The position numbers were made by a program, and so were the translations under genes. From the NCBI GenBank assembly GCA_050250855.1, contig JBFWNW010000001.1:280179-344178 (forward strand): a DNA stretch of 64,000 nt, given 5' to 3'. The DNA is from Candidatus Babeliales bacterium (GTDB lineage Bacteria > Babelota > Babeliae > Babelales > JACPOV01). Position 1 is the stretch's first letter. Each line of letters opens with the position of its first letter. Positions 29,676 through 39,719 of this stretch are shown in pieces. The notes under the pieces are model-generated. The model was not told the origin of the DNA. It saw nothing but the letters and a program-made list of their open reading frames with translations, and did no database searches.

Positions 29676-30491
29676 ATGAAAAAAAAATATTGTGTATTAG
29701 CCTTACTCTTTTCTTCAGTTCTTAGTGCGCGTCATGATTATGATCAATCTGGTCCATTGTTTCAACCTTATTCATTTACTGTTAAAGGCGGCGTAGCGCC
29801 TTCTGTTTTTTCATATAAAGGAAGTTTATACGCAGCAGTAATAGGTTTTAATCCTTTAGTATTTCGAGGAGCAAGTAATCCTGCTTTTAATAGCATGTGG
29901 AGTAATTATCCAATAAATATAGATTTTGATTTGGGCTATGCACTTTCAAATCATGTTGAACTTTTTGGTGAATTTAATTATCGCCATGCACGCAGAAAGC
30001 AGTTGTCATTTGAAGGAATCTCTCCATTGGGAACATTTGGTACGCTTTTTCCCCACTTAGATAATTTTCAAGCATTTGGCGGATACGCAGGATTTCGCTA
30101 TTTTTCAAGACGCTTTGCCTGTGATGCACTTTCCTTTTTTGTTGGTTTAAAATTTGGTACGGCACATTATCAAAAAGTGAGAGCAAAACCGTTGCATATT
30201 GTAAATGCTCAAGGGCAAATTCTTGATCAAAATAGTACATGGTTTAGATCAAATTCTGTGCCAAGTGGTGGTTTGCAAACGGGGTTTGATGTATTAGTTG
30301 CAAAATCGTTTTCATTATTTTTTAATGCAGAGTTTGTTGCTTCAGCAGCACCGCGACCATTGACGAATTTTGTAAAAAAAGATCAGGGCATTTTTCCAGC
30401 ATTCACCAATCTGATACGTGAAAGCTCTGGAACGTTATTTTCATTCCCTTTCACGCTCGGCTTGCGCTACTATTTTGGCGGTTGTAAATAG
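29676..30491 (+). CDS. Outer-membrane beta-barrel protein, paralog 2
   Basis: Same mature start SARHDYDQSGPLFQPYSFTV; ends LGLRYYFGGCK. Confidence 0.75.
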   Translation: MKKKYCVLALLFSSVLSARHDYDQSGPLFQPYSFTVKGGVAPSVFSYKGSLYAAVIGFNPLVFRGASNPAFNSMWSNYPINIDFDLGYALSNHVELFGEFNYRHARRKQLSFEGISPLGTFGTLFPHLDNFQAFGGYAGFRYFSRRFACDALSFFVGLKFGTAHYQKVRAKPLHIVNAQGQILDQNSTWFRSNSVPSGGLQTGFDVLVAKSFSLFFNAEFVASAAPRPLTNFVKKDQGIFPAFTNLIRESSGTLFSFPFTLGLRYYFGGCK

Positions 30492-30515
30492 AATATTTTT
30501 TGAAAGAAGTTTTAG

Positions 30516-30545
30516 ATAAAGGCGATGATAATCCATCGCCTTTAT
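30516..30545. terminator. Bidirectional intrinsic terminator
   Basis: ataaaggcgatg-N6-catcgcctttat between convergent genes. Confidence 0.75.
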
Positions 30546-30548
30546 TTT

Positions 30549-31145
30549 TTATGAATACTTTTCAACGATTTGTTTGTTATGCTGAATTGCATTAAGATCA
30601 TCAATAATCATTTTTGCTTGCCATGTCTCATAAGAGTTTCTAATACCTGCTCCAATGAGAAGACCGGATAATGCACTAGCAACTAAAGAAAGAACTCCTT
30701 CTTTACTGCAAACTATGTGCCAAGAGGCGTCTGTTTTTGGACAAAAAGCCAATGTTGTGTAGCCAAGCCCAAATCCTATTGCTAGAGGTAGAAGTCCATA
30801 GGAGAACCACTTTTTATCTTGGTACTTATTTAACGCAAATTTAAGATAAAAAGATAGATCTGTGCTACCAATTTTTGTTAATTTAGCAGCGTCTGCTTTT
30901 TGGGCTGAGCTTTCATGATCAGGCCAGAGTACAAAACAACTTTCATCAGTAAGATTATTTTTTTTAATGTAATCTTTTCTGAACTCAGTATGATAACTAT
31001 AGGCAATATCATTGTAGATAGCATCATAACGTATGCTTATGGAGTGTGTAAAACTATCTATTACTGTATCAAGATTGTCCTGATCACCGATTGCTGTGGC
31101 GATAAAACTTGCCAAAATAACACTGAAAATGATTTGTTTATGCAT
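30549..31145 (-). CDS. Hypothetical exported/membrane protein
   Basis: Signal peptide and two C-terminal TM segments. Confidence 0.65.
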   Translation of the reverse strand: MHKQIIFSVILASFIATAIGDQDNLDTVIDSFTHSISIRYDAIYNDIAYSYHTEFRKDYIKKNNLTDESCFVLWPDHESSAQKADAAKLTKIGSTDLSFYLKFALNKYQDKKWFSYGLLPLAIGFGLGYTTLAFCPKTDASWHIVCSKEGVLSLVASALSGLLIGAGIRNSYETWQAKMIIDDLNAIQHNKQIVEKYS

Positions 31146-31175
31146 AGCTGAATTCCGCTAAAAAAATGATTATAA

Positions 31176-31790
31176 TTACACACTATACAGCATAGGCATA
31201 GTTTTTGCCATATCAATATCGCATACAATCGTTTTTTGTGCATTTTTGTTAGTTAAAAGCAAAGTGAACTTTTCTTGATAATCATCAGTGCGCACAAAAA
31301 TAGTATCTTGAATACTTTCTTTAGGTGCAATCAATTGATCTTGTGAATTAGAAAGACATTTTTTGTCTAACTTGTTATTAGCTTTTTCTTCAAGGGCAGA
31401 ATGTGCTGCACCAGGAATAGCCAAGAAGGGGTTAAAGAATGAACCAACTTTCCAAACAAGAGTACGTAAAAAGGTATTGCGGTGAGTGTCTTTGGCAACT
31501 ACAGCAGACGGTACAACTTTTAGGGTAATATCAGTAGGGGTATATTTGATATACTGGTCACTGGTATTACTGATCGTTACTACAATCGGCTGGTAGCCAA
31601 AACGTAGGAAATCGCGGCTAAACTCTTTAGAACAAGCCTTTTGATCAAGAAGCTTACAGTCGATAATAACTTCGTTGCGTTTGCATAAGCGAGATGCTTG
31701 GGCTTTGAAGAACGGATTTTTTAGGTAGAGTAGACCAGAGGCCCCTAGAGCACACAATGCTACCAAAACAGCTGTTTTTGAAATTTTCAT
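31176..31790 (-). CDS. Hypothetical exported protein
   Basis: N-terminal hydrophobic anchor; GYQPIVVTISN. Confidence 0.65.
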   Translation of the reverse strand: MKISKTAVLVALCALGASGLLYLKNPFFKAQASRLCKRNEVIIDCKLLDQKACSKEFSRDFLRFGYQPIVVTISNTSDQYIKYTPTDITLKVVPSAVVAKDTHRNTFLRTLVWKVGSFFNPFLAIPGAAHSALEEKANNKLDKKCLSNSQDQLIAPKESIQDTIFVRTDDYQEKFTLLLTNKNAQKTIVCDIDMAKTMPMLYSV

Positions 31791-32004
31791 CTAATTTAAA
31801 CCTCCATAGAATGATTATTCATGTTTTAGGATGATTCTTTTTTTTGAGTTTGTCAAAAGGCCCCCTCTTTGTAATTTCAAATAGAAATGAAAAATAGTCA
31901 TTGCATTTTCTTGCTTTTTTACATAATGCCAGTACACTACTCCGTTAATGAAGCTTTTAAGAGTTTAAAATGTGTCACCATTTTTTACACGCAAAGGGCC
32001 TCTT

Positions 32005-32286
32005 ATGAACGATGTGAAGCTTAAAGTAGTAATATTAATGCTTCTGGCAGGAGTAGGATTTTTAGGGGCTATGGAAGAGAAAAAGCAGGCTTATGATCTG
32101 AGCAAAATTCTTTCTCTTTTGCAAGAGAGGCCAGAGCTTCAGAGTATTCTGAAAGCTGATAGGCCAGATAATAAATATTTTAATCCAGGAAGTCGTCAAC
32201 GCATTTGTGCTTTATTGCCCGCAAATTTGACGCCAAAGGAAGAAACAAGAATATATAAAAGATTGGTTCAAACCTATCAGCAGTGA
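32005..32286 (+). CDS. Small exported protein (AME signal)
   Basis: FLGA-MEEK. Confidence 0.6.
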   Translation: MNDVKLKVVILMLLAGVGFLGAMEEKKQAYDLSKILSLLQERPELQSILKADRPDNKYFNPGSRQRICALLPANLTPKEETRIYKRLVQTYQQ

Positions 32287-32381
32287 CCATTTTCTCTGAT
32301 TTTGCTTTACAAACAGGGTGTTTTTAGTGATACTAGGGTACTATAGCCTTGTTTATTTATTACCTTTATAAGGAATCTGAT

Positions 32382-32591
32382 ATGAAAAAAGATTTACATC
32401 CAGAACTTAATGAGATCACCGCTCAATGTACCTGTGGTAACGCATTTGAAACACGTTCAACAATGCCTGAGCTAAGAGTTACTATTTGCTCAAGCTGCCA
32501 TCCATTCTTTACGGGCGATCAAAAATTTATTGATACTGCCGGCCGTATTGAAAAGTTCGAAAAACGTTACAAAAAACCTTCAAAAAACTAA
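32382..32591 (+). CDS. rpmE: 50S ribosomal protein L31 (Zn-binding type)
   Basis: MKKDLHP, CTCG, CSSCHPFFTG, AGRIEKF. Confidence 0.97.
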   Translation: MKKDLHPELNEITAQCTCGNAFETRSTMPELRVTICSSCHPFFTGDQKFIDTAGRIEKFEKRYKKPSKN

Positions 32592-32594
32592 TTT

Positions 32595-33662
32595 ATGTCA
32601 CTAGATTGGGCTGCTCTCCAAAAACGTTATGAAGAGATTGGTCAGCAGCTTTCTACTTCTTCATTAGATCAGCAATTACGCCAGAAGCTTCAGAAAGAGG
32701 CTTCTCAGCTTTCTGCTTTGTTGCAAAAACATACTGCTTTGCAAGATGCACAAAAAAAGATTGATATAACTAAAGCAGAAATGCAGGAAGTAACAGATTC
32801 TGAGCTTAAAGTTCTTTATCAAGAGGAGCTTGCAGAATGTGAACAGCATATGCACGATGTACAGCAAGAGCTTGATAATCTTTTATACCCGCCCGATGAG
32901 CGCGATAATCGTTCAGTGTTTTTAGAAATTCGTGCCGGTGCTGGTGGGCAAGAAGCAGCGCTTTTTGCCGGAGATCTTATGAAAATGTACACCAACTATG
33001 CTATGAGCAAGGGGTGGCAGGTTTCTGTTGTTGATCTGAGCGAAACTGATCTTGGTGGCATTCGTGATGTTACCTTGCACATTGAAGGTAAAGGTGTTTT
33101 TGGTTGCTTGAAGCGTGAAGCGGGTGTGCATCGTGTACAGCGTGTACCAAAAACAGAAACGCAAGGTCGCGTGCATACCTCAACAGCAACGGTAGCGGTA
33201 TTACCAGAAGCACAAGAAGTTGATGTCAAAATTAATCCTGCAGATTTGCGTATTGATACGTATCGCGCAGGTGGTGCTGGTGGCCAGCATGTCAATAAAA
33301 CAGATTCTGCTGTTCGTATTACCCATATTCCAACGGGCGTTGTTGTTGCATGCCAAGATGAACGTTCTCAGCATAAAAACAAAGCAAAAGCAATGAAGAT
33401 GTTGCAGTCGCGTATTTATGCTGCTGAGCGTGAAAAGCATGAAGCTGAACTGGCCAAAGAACGCAAAGAAATGGTTGGCACAGGAATGCGCGCAGAAAAA
33501 GTACGTACGTACAATTATCCACAAAATCGTATTACGGATCATCAAGTTGATCTTACGCTTAAAAAATTAGATATTGTCATGGAAGGTCCTGCATTACAAG
33601 AAATTATTGATGCACTCGTGGCTTTTGATAAAGAAGAGCGTAGGAAAAACGTAAAGATTTAA
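32595..33662 (+). CDS. prfA: Peptide chain release factor 1
   Basis: PKT (PxT) motif, [12 protein letters not shown]. Confidence 0.97.
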   Translation: MSLDWAALQKRYEEIGQQLSTSSLDQQLRQKLQKEASQLSALLQKHTALQDAQKKIDITKAEMQEVTDSELKVLYQEELAECEQHMHDVQQELDNLLYPPDERDNRSVFLEIRAGAGGQEAALFAGDLMKMYTNYAMSKGWQVSVVDLSETDLGGIRDVTLHIEGKGVFGCLKREAGVHRVQRVPKTETQGRVHTSTATVAVLPEAQEVDVKINPADLRIDTYRAGGAGGQHVNKTDSAVRITHIPTGVVVACQDERSQHKNKAKAMKMLQSRIYAAEREKHEAELAKERKEMVGTGMRAEKVRTYNYPQNRITDHQVDLTLKKLDIVMEGPALQEIIDALVAFDKEERRKNVKI

Positions 33663-33728
33663 TGTAAATTTTTTTTAGTTTAATTTTTTATATCTCTTTT
33701 AAAAAACTATATTCTTATTTTTGTATAC

Positions 33729-34078
33729 CTCACGGCGCCCTCATGCCCAGCCGTCGCTCTTTGAGCTATGGCGGACACGGCAGATTGATGATTCGCTACC
33801 GGCTTGAATGTATAAAATAATTTTATGCACCTTGAAAGCTCATATGTTTGAGGGCTTCTCAGATTTCTTGCCCGGCGTAGCTTTTTAAGCGAAGCCTGGG
33901 TAAAAATCTGGAAGCCGAGTTATGAGCGCAGAGAGATACATAAGAGTCTTCTCTTATGTGCCCTTGTATCAAAGGTATTGGGCACGCAATACCTTTGTGC
34001 CCTGCACCCGGCATGAGGGTGCCGTGAGATTTTCATATAAGAAAAGAGCGCTCTGCCCTGGGTAGGGGTCGTGAGATA
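33729..34078. mobile_element. Composite palindromic element copy 3 (inverted relative to copy 1) plus an extra terminal module
   Basis: 19-bp TIR ctcacggc(g/a)ccctcatgcc at 33729-33747 and 34010-34028; type B insert at 33867-33900; extra end 34044-34078. Confidence 0.8.
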
Positions 34079-34265
34079 ATTAAATACTAAAAAAAATATA
34101 ATAAACAAAAACGTCTTGTTTCGTCTTGGGCAACGACTTACATTAAATTAATCTTTAAAAATACTTATAAAATAAATATAAAAAAATTTTAATTAACAAA
34201 CTCTTATTTGCCAGTATACTGGTGACAACAAAAATCAATTTTACTTTTAATCCAAAGGATTTTTT

Positions 34266-35489
34266 ATGTCACCACTCACGTATTTACTTCAGTACAATCG
34301 TTATTGCAATATTATTGGTATTGTGGCCATTGTTGCCATAGCAGTTCTTTTTTCGCGCAAGCGTTCTGCGATTAATTATAAGCTTGTTCTTAATGCGCTT
34401 GTGCTACAATTTGCCATTGCTTTTTTTGTACTCAAGACTGTTATTGGGCAAACAGCTATTAGCAAAATTTCTGGTGGCATTGCAGCGATTTATCAATGTG
34501 CCGATAAAGGAGCTGAATTTTTATTTGGTGGTTTGATTAATCAGCATGGTGCATGGGGTTTTATTTTTGCTTTTAAAGTGTTGCCAATTATTATTTTTTT
34601 TGGTGCTTTAATGTCTCTTTTGTTCCATTGGGGTATCGTGCAAAAAATTGTTTATGCAATAAGTTTTGTGATACGTCCTTTATTGGGCACGTCTGGTGCG
34701 GAAACATTGTGCGCCATTGCCAATAGTTTTTTGGGTCAAACAGAAGCGCCATTGCTTATTAAAAATTATTTAAAAAGCATGACCAAATCTGAAATGCTTG
34801 TTGTTATGGTTAGTGGCATGGGAACTATAAGCGGTGCAATTTTGGCAGTATTTGCTGCTATAGGTGTGCCAGCAGAACATTTGCTTTCTGCTAGTGTTAT
34901 GGCAATTCCTGGAACTATTTTAATTGCAAAAATTTTATATCCAGAAACTGAACATACCCAAACAGAAGCTGGTGTTGCCATGAAAGAAGAACGAAGCACT
35001 AAGAATATTTTTGATGCAATTTCTGCAGGAACAACTGATGGGTTGTATTTAGCATTAAATGTTGCAGCAATGTTAATTTCATTCTTATCATTATTAGCAT
35101 TAATTAATATGATGCTTGATCATTTTTATGCAGGGTTATCCCTTGCTACAATTTTCTCTCGCATTTTTTCACCATTAGGCTATCTGCTTGGTTTGACGGG
35201 ACAAGAAGCAGCTCAAGCTGGCCAATTGCTTGGGTTGAAAGTTACGGTAAATGAAATGGTTGCCTATTTAGAGATGGTTAAAATGCATCTCTCTGATCGT
35301 GCCGTTGCATTATTGACCTATGCATTATGTGGCTTTTCAAATTTTTCTTGTATTGGAATCCAGATTGGCGGTATTGGTGCATTAGTGCCAGAAAAACGTC
35401 AATGGCTGTGTGAGCTTGGATTGCTAGCGGTACTTGGCAGTTCACTGTCTAATTTGCTTTCTGCTATGATTGCGGGATTGTTATTGTAA
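34266..35489 (+). CDS. CNT-family (NupC-like) nucleoside transporter
   Basis: FAFKVLPIIIFF, SGAET, FLGQTEAPL, NEMVAY, YALCGFSNFSCIGIQIG. Confidence 0.93.
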   Translation: MSPLTYLLQYNRYCNIIGIVAIVAIAVLFSRKRSAINYKLVLNALVLQFAIAFFVLKTVIGQTAISKISGGIAAIYQCADKGAEFLFGGLINQHGAWGFIFAFKVLPIIIFFGALMSLLFHWGIVQKIVYAISFVIRPLLGTSGAETLCAIANSFLGQTEAPLLIKNYLKSMTKSEMLVVMVSGMGTISGAILAVFAAIGVPAEHLLSASVMAIPGTILIAKILYPETEHTQTEAGVAMKEERSTKNIFDAISAGTTDGLYLALNVAAMLISFLSLLALINMMLDHFYAGLSLATIFSRIFSPLGYLLGLTGQEAAQAGQLLGLKVTVNEMVAYLEMVKMHLSDRAVALLTYALCGFSNFSCIGIQIGGIGALVPEKRQWLCELGLLAVLGSSLSNLLSAMIAGLLL

Positions 35490-36526
35490 GTAATTTCATT
35501 AAGCCAAGCAACAGTATTATTATGAATAATTGGTAATCCTGTTGCTTGATATTCAAGTGCTTTTGTTGGTCGAGAAACCCAATTGATTAAACTGTTTTCT
35601 CGAAAAAGCAAGCCAGCATCACATGCAGCAAGGTACTCAAATACTTTTTCATGAGGTACTGAGCAGACATAGTAGTGTGATGGATCAATATTTTTATCAT
35701 GCAGTAACTGTTCAAATACTTTTTTATCCTGGCTTAAAATCAAAAGAAACGTTTGAGGATTTTCTTGTATGCGTTGTACAAAGAAATCAATGCTCTCTTG
35801 TGGGCATTGCCACGGCTTTGCAGAACCATTATAGCAATATACGTACGTTGTATCAGCGATGCCAAGTTGTGTGCGTATTGCCGTGCGCCATGTTTGCACT
35901 GTTTTGGCATCAATTTTTTGGGGGATATCATGTTGAGCAATGGTAATCAGTTCAGGTTTTGTTTCATAGGTTTGTATAAGATATTCTTTGAGCGCTTGAC
36001 TTACAGCTTCTACGTAAAAAGGTATATTCTGAGGAACATACGAATAAACGTACTTTTCAAGCGCATGAAAATGGCCCATGCGCCATGTGTGTAGCAGTGC
36101 ATAGGGTTGTTTGGCAAAGCGGTGCGTGTACGCATATTCCTGCTCTAAAAGGCCGCGAGCTTGTACCGTAATGCTCAAACAGTTTGCTTTATTTAGAGCG
36201 CGTAAAGCAATAAATCCCGCATGTGCCCCACGAGCAAAAAGTTCATAAGAAGCATAATGTTTTAAGATTTTTTTGAGCTGGCGTATTGCAGGGTTTAAAG
36301 ACCATAGTCCTAAGAAGGGATATTTTTTTAAAACAACGAGCGTGATGCCATATTTTTTTTCAAGGAGAGTTTTATAGGTAGTATCTGGTTGTTTTCTTTC
36401 AAAGGTTATAAGAATTATAGGTTTTGAAGGATCTCTTTTTTTTCTTTCTATTAGTGGCTGAAGCACTTGTGAATCAAAAATAGAGTTGGTAATGCCATCA
36501 TATACTATGAATATGAATTTATTCAT
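35399..36526 (-). CDS. GT-B (GT4-like) glycosyltransferase
   Basis: SIFDSQVL, YNGS..PWQ, YLAACDAG, PTKALEY..TGLPII; the true stop may lie nearer 35490 given the overlap with the NupC-like gene. Confidence 0.8.
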   Translation of the reverse strand: MNKFIFIVYDGITNSIFDSQVLQPLIERKKRDPSKPIILITFERKQPDTTYKTLLEKKYGITLVVLKKYPFLGLWSLNPAIRQLKKILKHYASYELFARGAHAGFIALRALNKANCLSITVQARGLLEQEYAYTHRFAKQPYALLHTWRMGHFHALEKYVYSYVPQNIPFYVEAVSQALKEYLIQTYETKPELITIAQHDIPQKIDAKTVQTWRTAIRTQLGIADTTYVYCYNGSAKPWQCPQESIDFFVQRIQENPQTFLLILSQDKKVFEQLLHDKNIDPSHYYVCSVPHEKVFEYLAACDAGLLFRENSLINWVSRPTKALEYQATGLPIIHNNTVAWLNEITYNNNPAIIAESKLDSELPSTASNPSSHSH

Positions 36527-37116
36527 TGATTGTAGTATTCATTTGTGCTATTTAGAATTTCTTGAGGGTCAAAGATGACGACCAGTATCCCGGTATCGAT
36601 TGGTGAAAAAGATGAGGAAAATTCTTCGTGTTCTGTATATTCTATATTAAATCCTAGATCTGTTAGGGAGAGAATATCATTAAGATTGTCTTTTTCTAGC
36701 GGATTATCATCAAGGTAAAGATTAGCAAGCGCAGGGTTGTTTTTTTTTAGTTTTCTTAAAATCTTTTCATCAAGATAACCTATCTTATTCTGAGTTACAT
36801 CAATATCTGTTATAGAAGGGCTTTTTATTGCTAATAATTTTTCTAATTCATCAAGATGATTATCATATAAGCAAAAAAGACGACATGTTGAAAGATCAAG
36901 CTTTTCAATACCAGCAAGGTCAGTAAGGCCTTTTCCTGCTATAGATATATCGACAGAACCGTAATTGTTTTGCGTTATTTCAATAAGTTGTTGGTGGTTT
37001 TTCGCTTGCAAAAGATAATCAATATCTCGCTCTTCTTGAGGCAGAGGTTTTCCTGCAAACATTGAGCAAGAAATAAATAGAAGAGCATTGAACGTTAAAA
37101 AAAAGTTAATCGTCAT
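36523..37116 (-). CDS. Exported leucine-rich repeat protein
   Basis: Signal peptide; LYDNHL, DVTQNKI, LYLDDNPL. Confidence 0.75.
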   Translation of the reverse strand: MTINFFLTFNALLFISCSMFAGKPLPQEERDIDYLLQAKNHQQLIEITQNNYGSVDISIAGKGLTDLAGIEKLDLSTCRLFCLYDNHLDELEKLLAIKSPSITDIDVTQNKIGYLDEKILRKLKKNNPALANLYLDDNPLEKDNLNDILSLTDLGFNIEYTEHEEFSSSFSPIDTGILVVIFDPQEILNSTNEYYNQ

Positions 37117-37258
37117 GACAGCAACAGCTTGAGCATGATGCCATACTCAAAAAGAGAGGTTTTGATATTTTTTTGTAGCAGGTGAAATAAAAAAGTAAAA
37201 AAAGAACAACAAGAATTATTACAGCGGCTGTTGGCCTGAAAAAAATATTTTTTTTCAT
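37106..37258 (-). CDS. 50-aa membrane peptide with Cys-rich tail (absent from ORF track)
   Basis: SD GGGGAG; MKKNIFFRPTAAVIILVVLFLLFYFTCYKKISKPLFLSMASCSSCCCHDD; overlaps start of LRR gene. Confidence 0.55.
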   Translation of the reverse strand: MKKNIFFRPTAAVIILVVLFLLFYFTCYKKISKPLFLSMASCSSCCCHDD

Positions 37259-37269
37259 GAGACTCCCCT

Positions 37270-37299
37270 AAAAAAAAGGGTTCCGGTTAGGGAACCCTT
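37270..37299 (-). terminator. Intrinsic terminator
   Basis: aagggttcc/ggaaccctt stem followed by T8 on the minus strand. Confidence 0.75.
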
Positions 37300-37306
37300 G
37301 AAGTTA

Positions 37307-37489
37307 TTACTCGTAATCTTCTTCGCTAAAGCCTACTTCTTTTTGCATTGGCCCAGAAACGCGAGCTTTTTGTTGTTTTGTTGTTCTTGTATCACAACGT
37401 TCTTCGCATACTTCTTGTTTGCAGCAACGACGATCATTGCAACCAGCAAGTGTTAAAAGACCAAGAGAAAGCATGAGTATTTTTTTCAT
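37307..37489 (-). CDS. Small cysteine-rich lipoprotein
   Basis: Lipobox LAGC then NDRRCCKQEVCEERC. Confidence 0.7.
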   Translation of the reverse strand: MKKILMLSLGLLTLAGCNDRRCCKQEVCEERCDTRTTKQQKARVSGPMQKEVGFSEEDYE

Positions 37490-37565
37490 AGTAATTCCTT
37501 ATTTTTTTTACTATTTTACTTTTTACTCTATAAGTTTAGAAAAACTAATTTAGTTTTACAAGTAC

Positions 37566-37593
37566 AAAAAAAAGCCCGATGCAAAATCGGGCT
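37566..37593 (-). terminator. Intrinsic terminator of brnQ
   Basis: agcccgat/atcgggct stem plus T-run. Confidence 0.8.
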
Positions 37594-37598
37594 CTTAA

Positions 37599-38765
37599 TT
37601 AATACCAAAAATAGCTTATAGATGAAATGATCAGAGTTATTGCAACAGGGATTTTAATTGGTTTAACATTAAATATTTTATAGGCAATGTTAAAAAAGGT
37701 TAAAGTAATAAGCGCTGGATAGGTAATAATAATAATTGGTTTTGAAAATGCTAAAATAGAACTTAACCCAAATAATGATGTTATCAAAGTTAGACCAAGC
37801 GTAATTAAAACTGCAGGAATATAGCCAAGTTTTCCATTAAAAATCTGTGTATTTAAAAACTCACTAAATACTGCAGTAAGCGCTATGATAGTAGAATAAC
37901 ATGCCATCAAAACAGTCGTTGCAATAATGAGAGCACCATGTTGGCCTAAAATGCGCTGTGAAACGGCACTAAATAGTTCACCCTCATTAATTGATTCTAA
38001 GCCATGTCCATGATACGCGCCAAGGTATGCCAAGCCAATATATACTAACGCAAGAAGGCCAACGCCAACTAATCCTGCTTGGAAACTTAGCATTGCAAGG
38101 TGTTTAAAACTAGGCTTGCCTGGTGAACTATAATTTTTTTGCAAAATAGTAATGACAATGGCAGAGAATAAAATACCTGCCAAAATATCAAGCGTTTGGT
38201 AGCCAGCAATAATATTATCCCAAAAAACTTTTGCAGCAGTATTAGTAACTACGATTGGCTGTGCGCTCGTAAAATAACCTTTTACAATAATAATAGCTAG
38301 ACCAAGTAATAAAACAGGACTAATGATATTTCCTAAGAAATCTACAATCTTGCTTTCTTTATAGGTTGCCCAAAAGGTAAGTGCCAAAAAGATAAGGCAG
38401 AATGCAAAAAGGGAAAGCGTAGGAAAAAAAGGTGTAAGAACGGTATAAGAAAACGTTACAATACGCGGCATAGCAATTAAAGGGCCTGCTGCTATCAGAC
38501 AAAAGGCAATAAAGAGAAAGCCCGGTATGCGCCCAAGGCGATAAAAAAATTGCGTGTAATCACCTTGAAACAGAATGATGGCAATAAGACCCGCAAAAGG
38601 AATTAATACACCGGTCAACAAAAAACCGGCAATTCCCCAGGCAAGGTGAGTTCCAGAACTCAATCCTACCTTAAGCGGAAACATTAAATTTGCGGCGCCA
38701 AAAAACATAGAAAATATAGCAAGGCCGGTCGTTATAATTTCTGAACTAAAAAACTTTTTAAACAT
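37599..38765 (-). CDS. brnQ: Branched-chain amino-acid transporter (LIVCS family)
   Basis: GLAIFSMFFGAANLMFP, GP..AMPR, GYQTLD, ACYST, YP. Confidence 0.9.
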   Translation of the reverse strand: MFKKFFSSEIITTGLAIFSMFFGAANLMFPLKVGLSSGTHLAWGIAGFLLTGVLIPFAGLIAIILFQGDYTQFFYRLGRIPGFLFIAFCLIAAGPLIAMPRIVTFSYTVLTPFFPTLSLFAFCLIFLALTFWATYKESKIVDFLGNIISPVLLLGLAIIIVKGYFTSAQPIVVTNTAAKVFWDNIIAGYQTLDILAGILFSAIVITILQKNYSSPGKPSFKHLAMLSFQAGLVGVGLLALVYIGLAYLGAYHGHGLESINEGELFSAVSQRILGQHGALIIATTVLMACYSTIIALTAVFSEFLNTQIFNGKLGYIPAVLITLGLTLITSLFGLSSILAFSKPIIIITYPALITLTFFNIAYKIFNVKPIKIPVAITLIISSISYFWY

Positions 38766-39112
38766 ATAAGATCCTTTAAGTAATATTTATAGAATTTTTA
38801 ATAAGAAAATTGGTTATAAAGAATAGTATTATAAGGCCAGGAGGGCCATACAGGAAATCATGGAATGAGAGAAGACATATGTTAAAAAGCCGTAATAGTG
38901 CTCATGATACAAAGACACTATTGAGTGATTACTCACGGATTGCTCCTTCCGTTGTTAACATTAAAATGATCTGCGTCAATATTGGTATAGTCTAAACAAG
39001 GATTGGTGTTTTTACAAGAAAAAAGCGCAATATTCGTGCTTTTTGAGCAACTGTTGAATCGTGCCAATGCTCCATGCTATGGTTAACATAACAGGGGAAG
39101 AAAGGGGACGTT

Positions 39113-39664
39113 ATGAAAAAGTTATTCATAGCATTATGTTTTATTATGCCTTTGGCTTATTATCGAGGTGGCCTGGCTACAGCAAAAAATAAGGAGAATT
39201 TCATGCATATAGCAAGTGCATCGTTTGAAGATAACCATGCATTACCAGCAAAATATACTTGTGAAGGGGAAAACCGTTCGCCAGAATTGCACTGGTCTGG
39301 TGTGCCAGCGGGAACGCAAAGTTTGGCCTTACTCGTTGATGACCCTGATGCGCCTGGCGGCAAGCCGTTTGTTCATTGGATTGTTTTTAATATACCAGCT
39401 TCATTGAAGAGTTTGCCAGAGGGCGTCAAGCTTAAAAATATAGCGCCTGATGCTAAAGAGGGAAAAAATGATTTTGGTGATAGTGCTTATGGTGGCGCAT
39501 GTCCTCCTAAGGGGCATGGCATTCATCACTATGTTTTTACGTTGTATGCGCTTGATATAAAACTTAATCTGCAGGAAGGTGTTTCAAAGCAAGAATTTTT
39601 ACAAGCAATGCAGGGCCATGTACTCAAAAAAGCTCAGATTACTGGTCTTTACCAAAGAATTTAA
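39113..39664 (+). CDS. YbhB/YbcL (PEBP/RKIP-like) protein, exported
   Basis: SPELHW, DDPDAP, FVHW, YGGACPP..HGIHHY. Confidence 0.92.
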   Translation: MKKLFIALCFIMPLAYYRGGLATAKNKENFMHIASASFEDNHALPAKYTCEGENRSPELHWSGVPAGTQSLALLVDDPDAPGGKPFVHWIVFNIPASLKSLPEGVKLKNIAPDAKEGKNDFGDSAYGGACPPKGHGIHHYVFTLYALDIKLNLQEGVSKQEFLQAMQGHVLKKAQITGLYQRI

Positions 39665-39719
39665 TATAATTCTTGCCTGGGTTTAACTATTTCATTAGTA
39701 TGAACATCAGTTTTTGAGC

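Noticed and set aside
28757..30491. Diversity-generating retroelement template/variable pair
   Set aside because: Differences are not adenine-specific, both genes are full length, and no reverse transcriptase is present
6828..32300. tRNA-anchored genomic island or prophage
   Set aside because: The region is accessory-rich, but no integrase, phage genes or distal tRNA-end duplication was found
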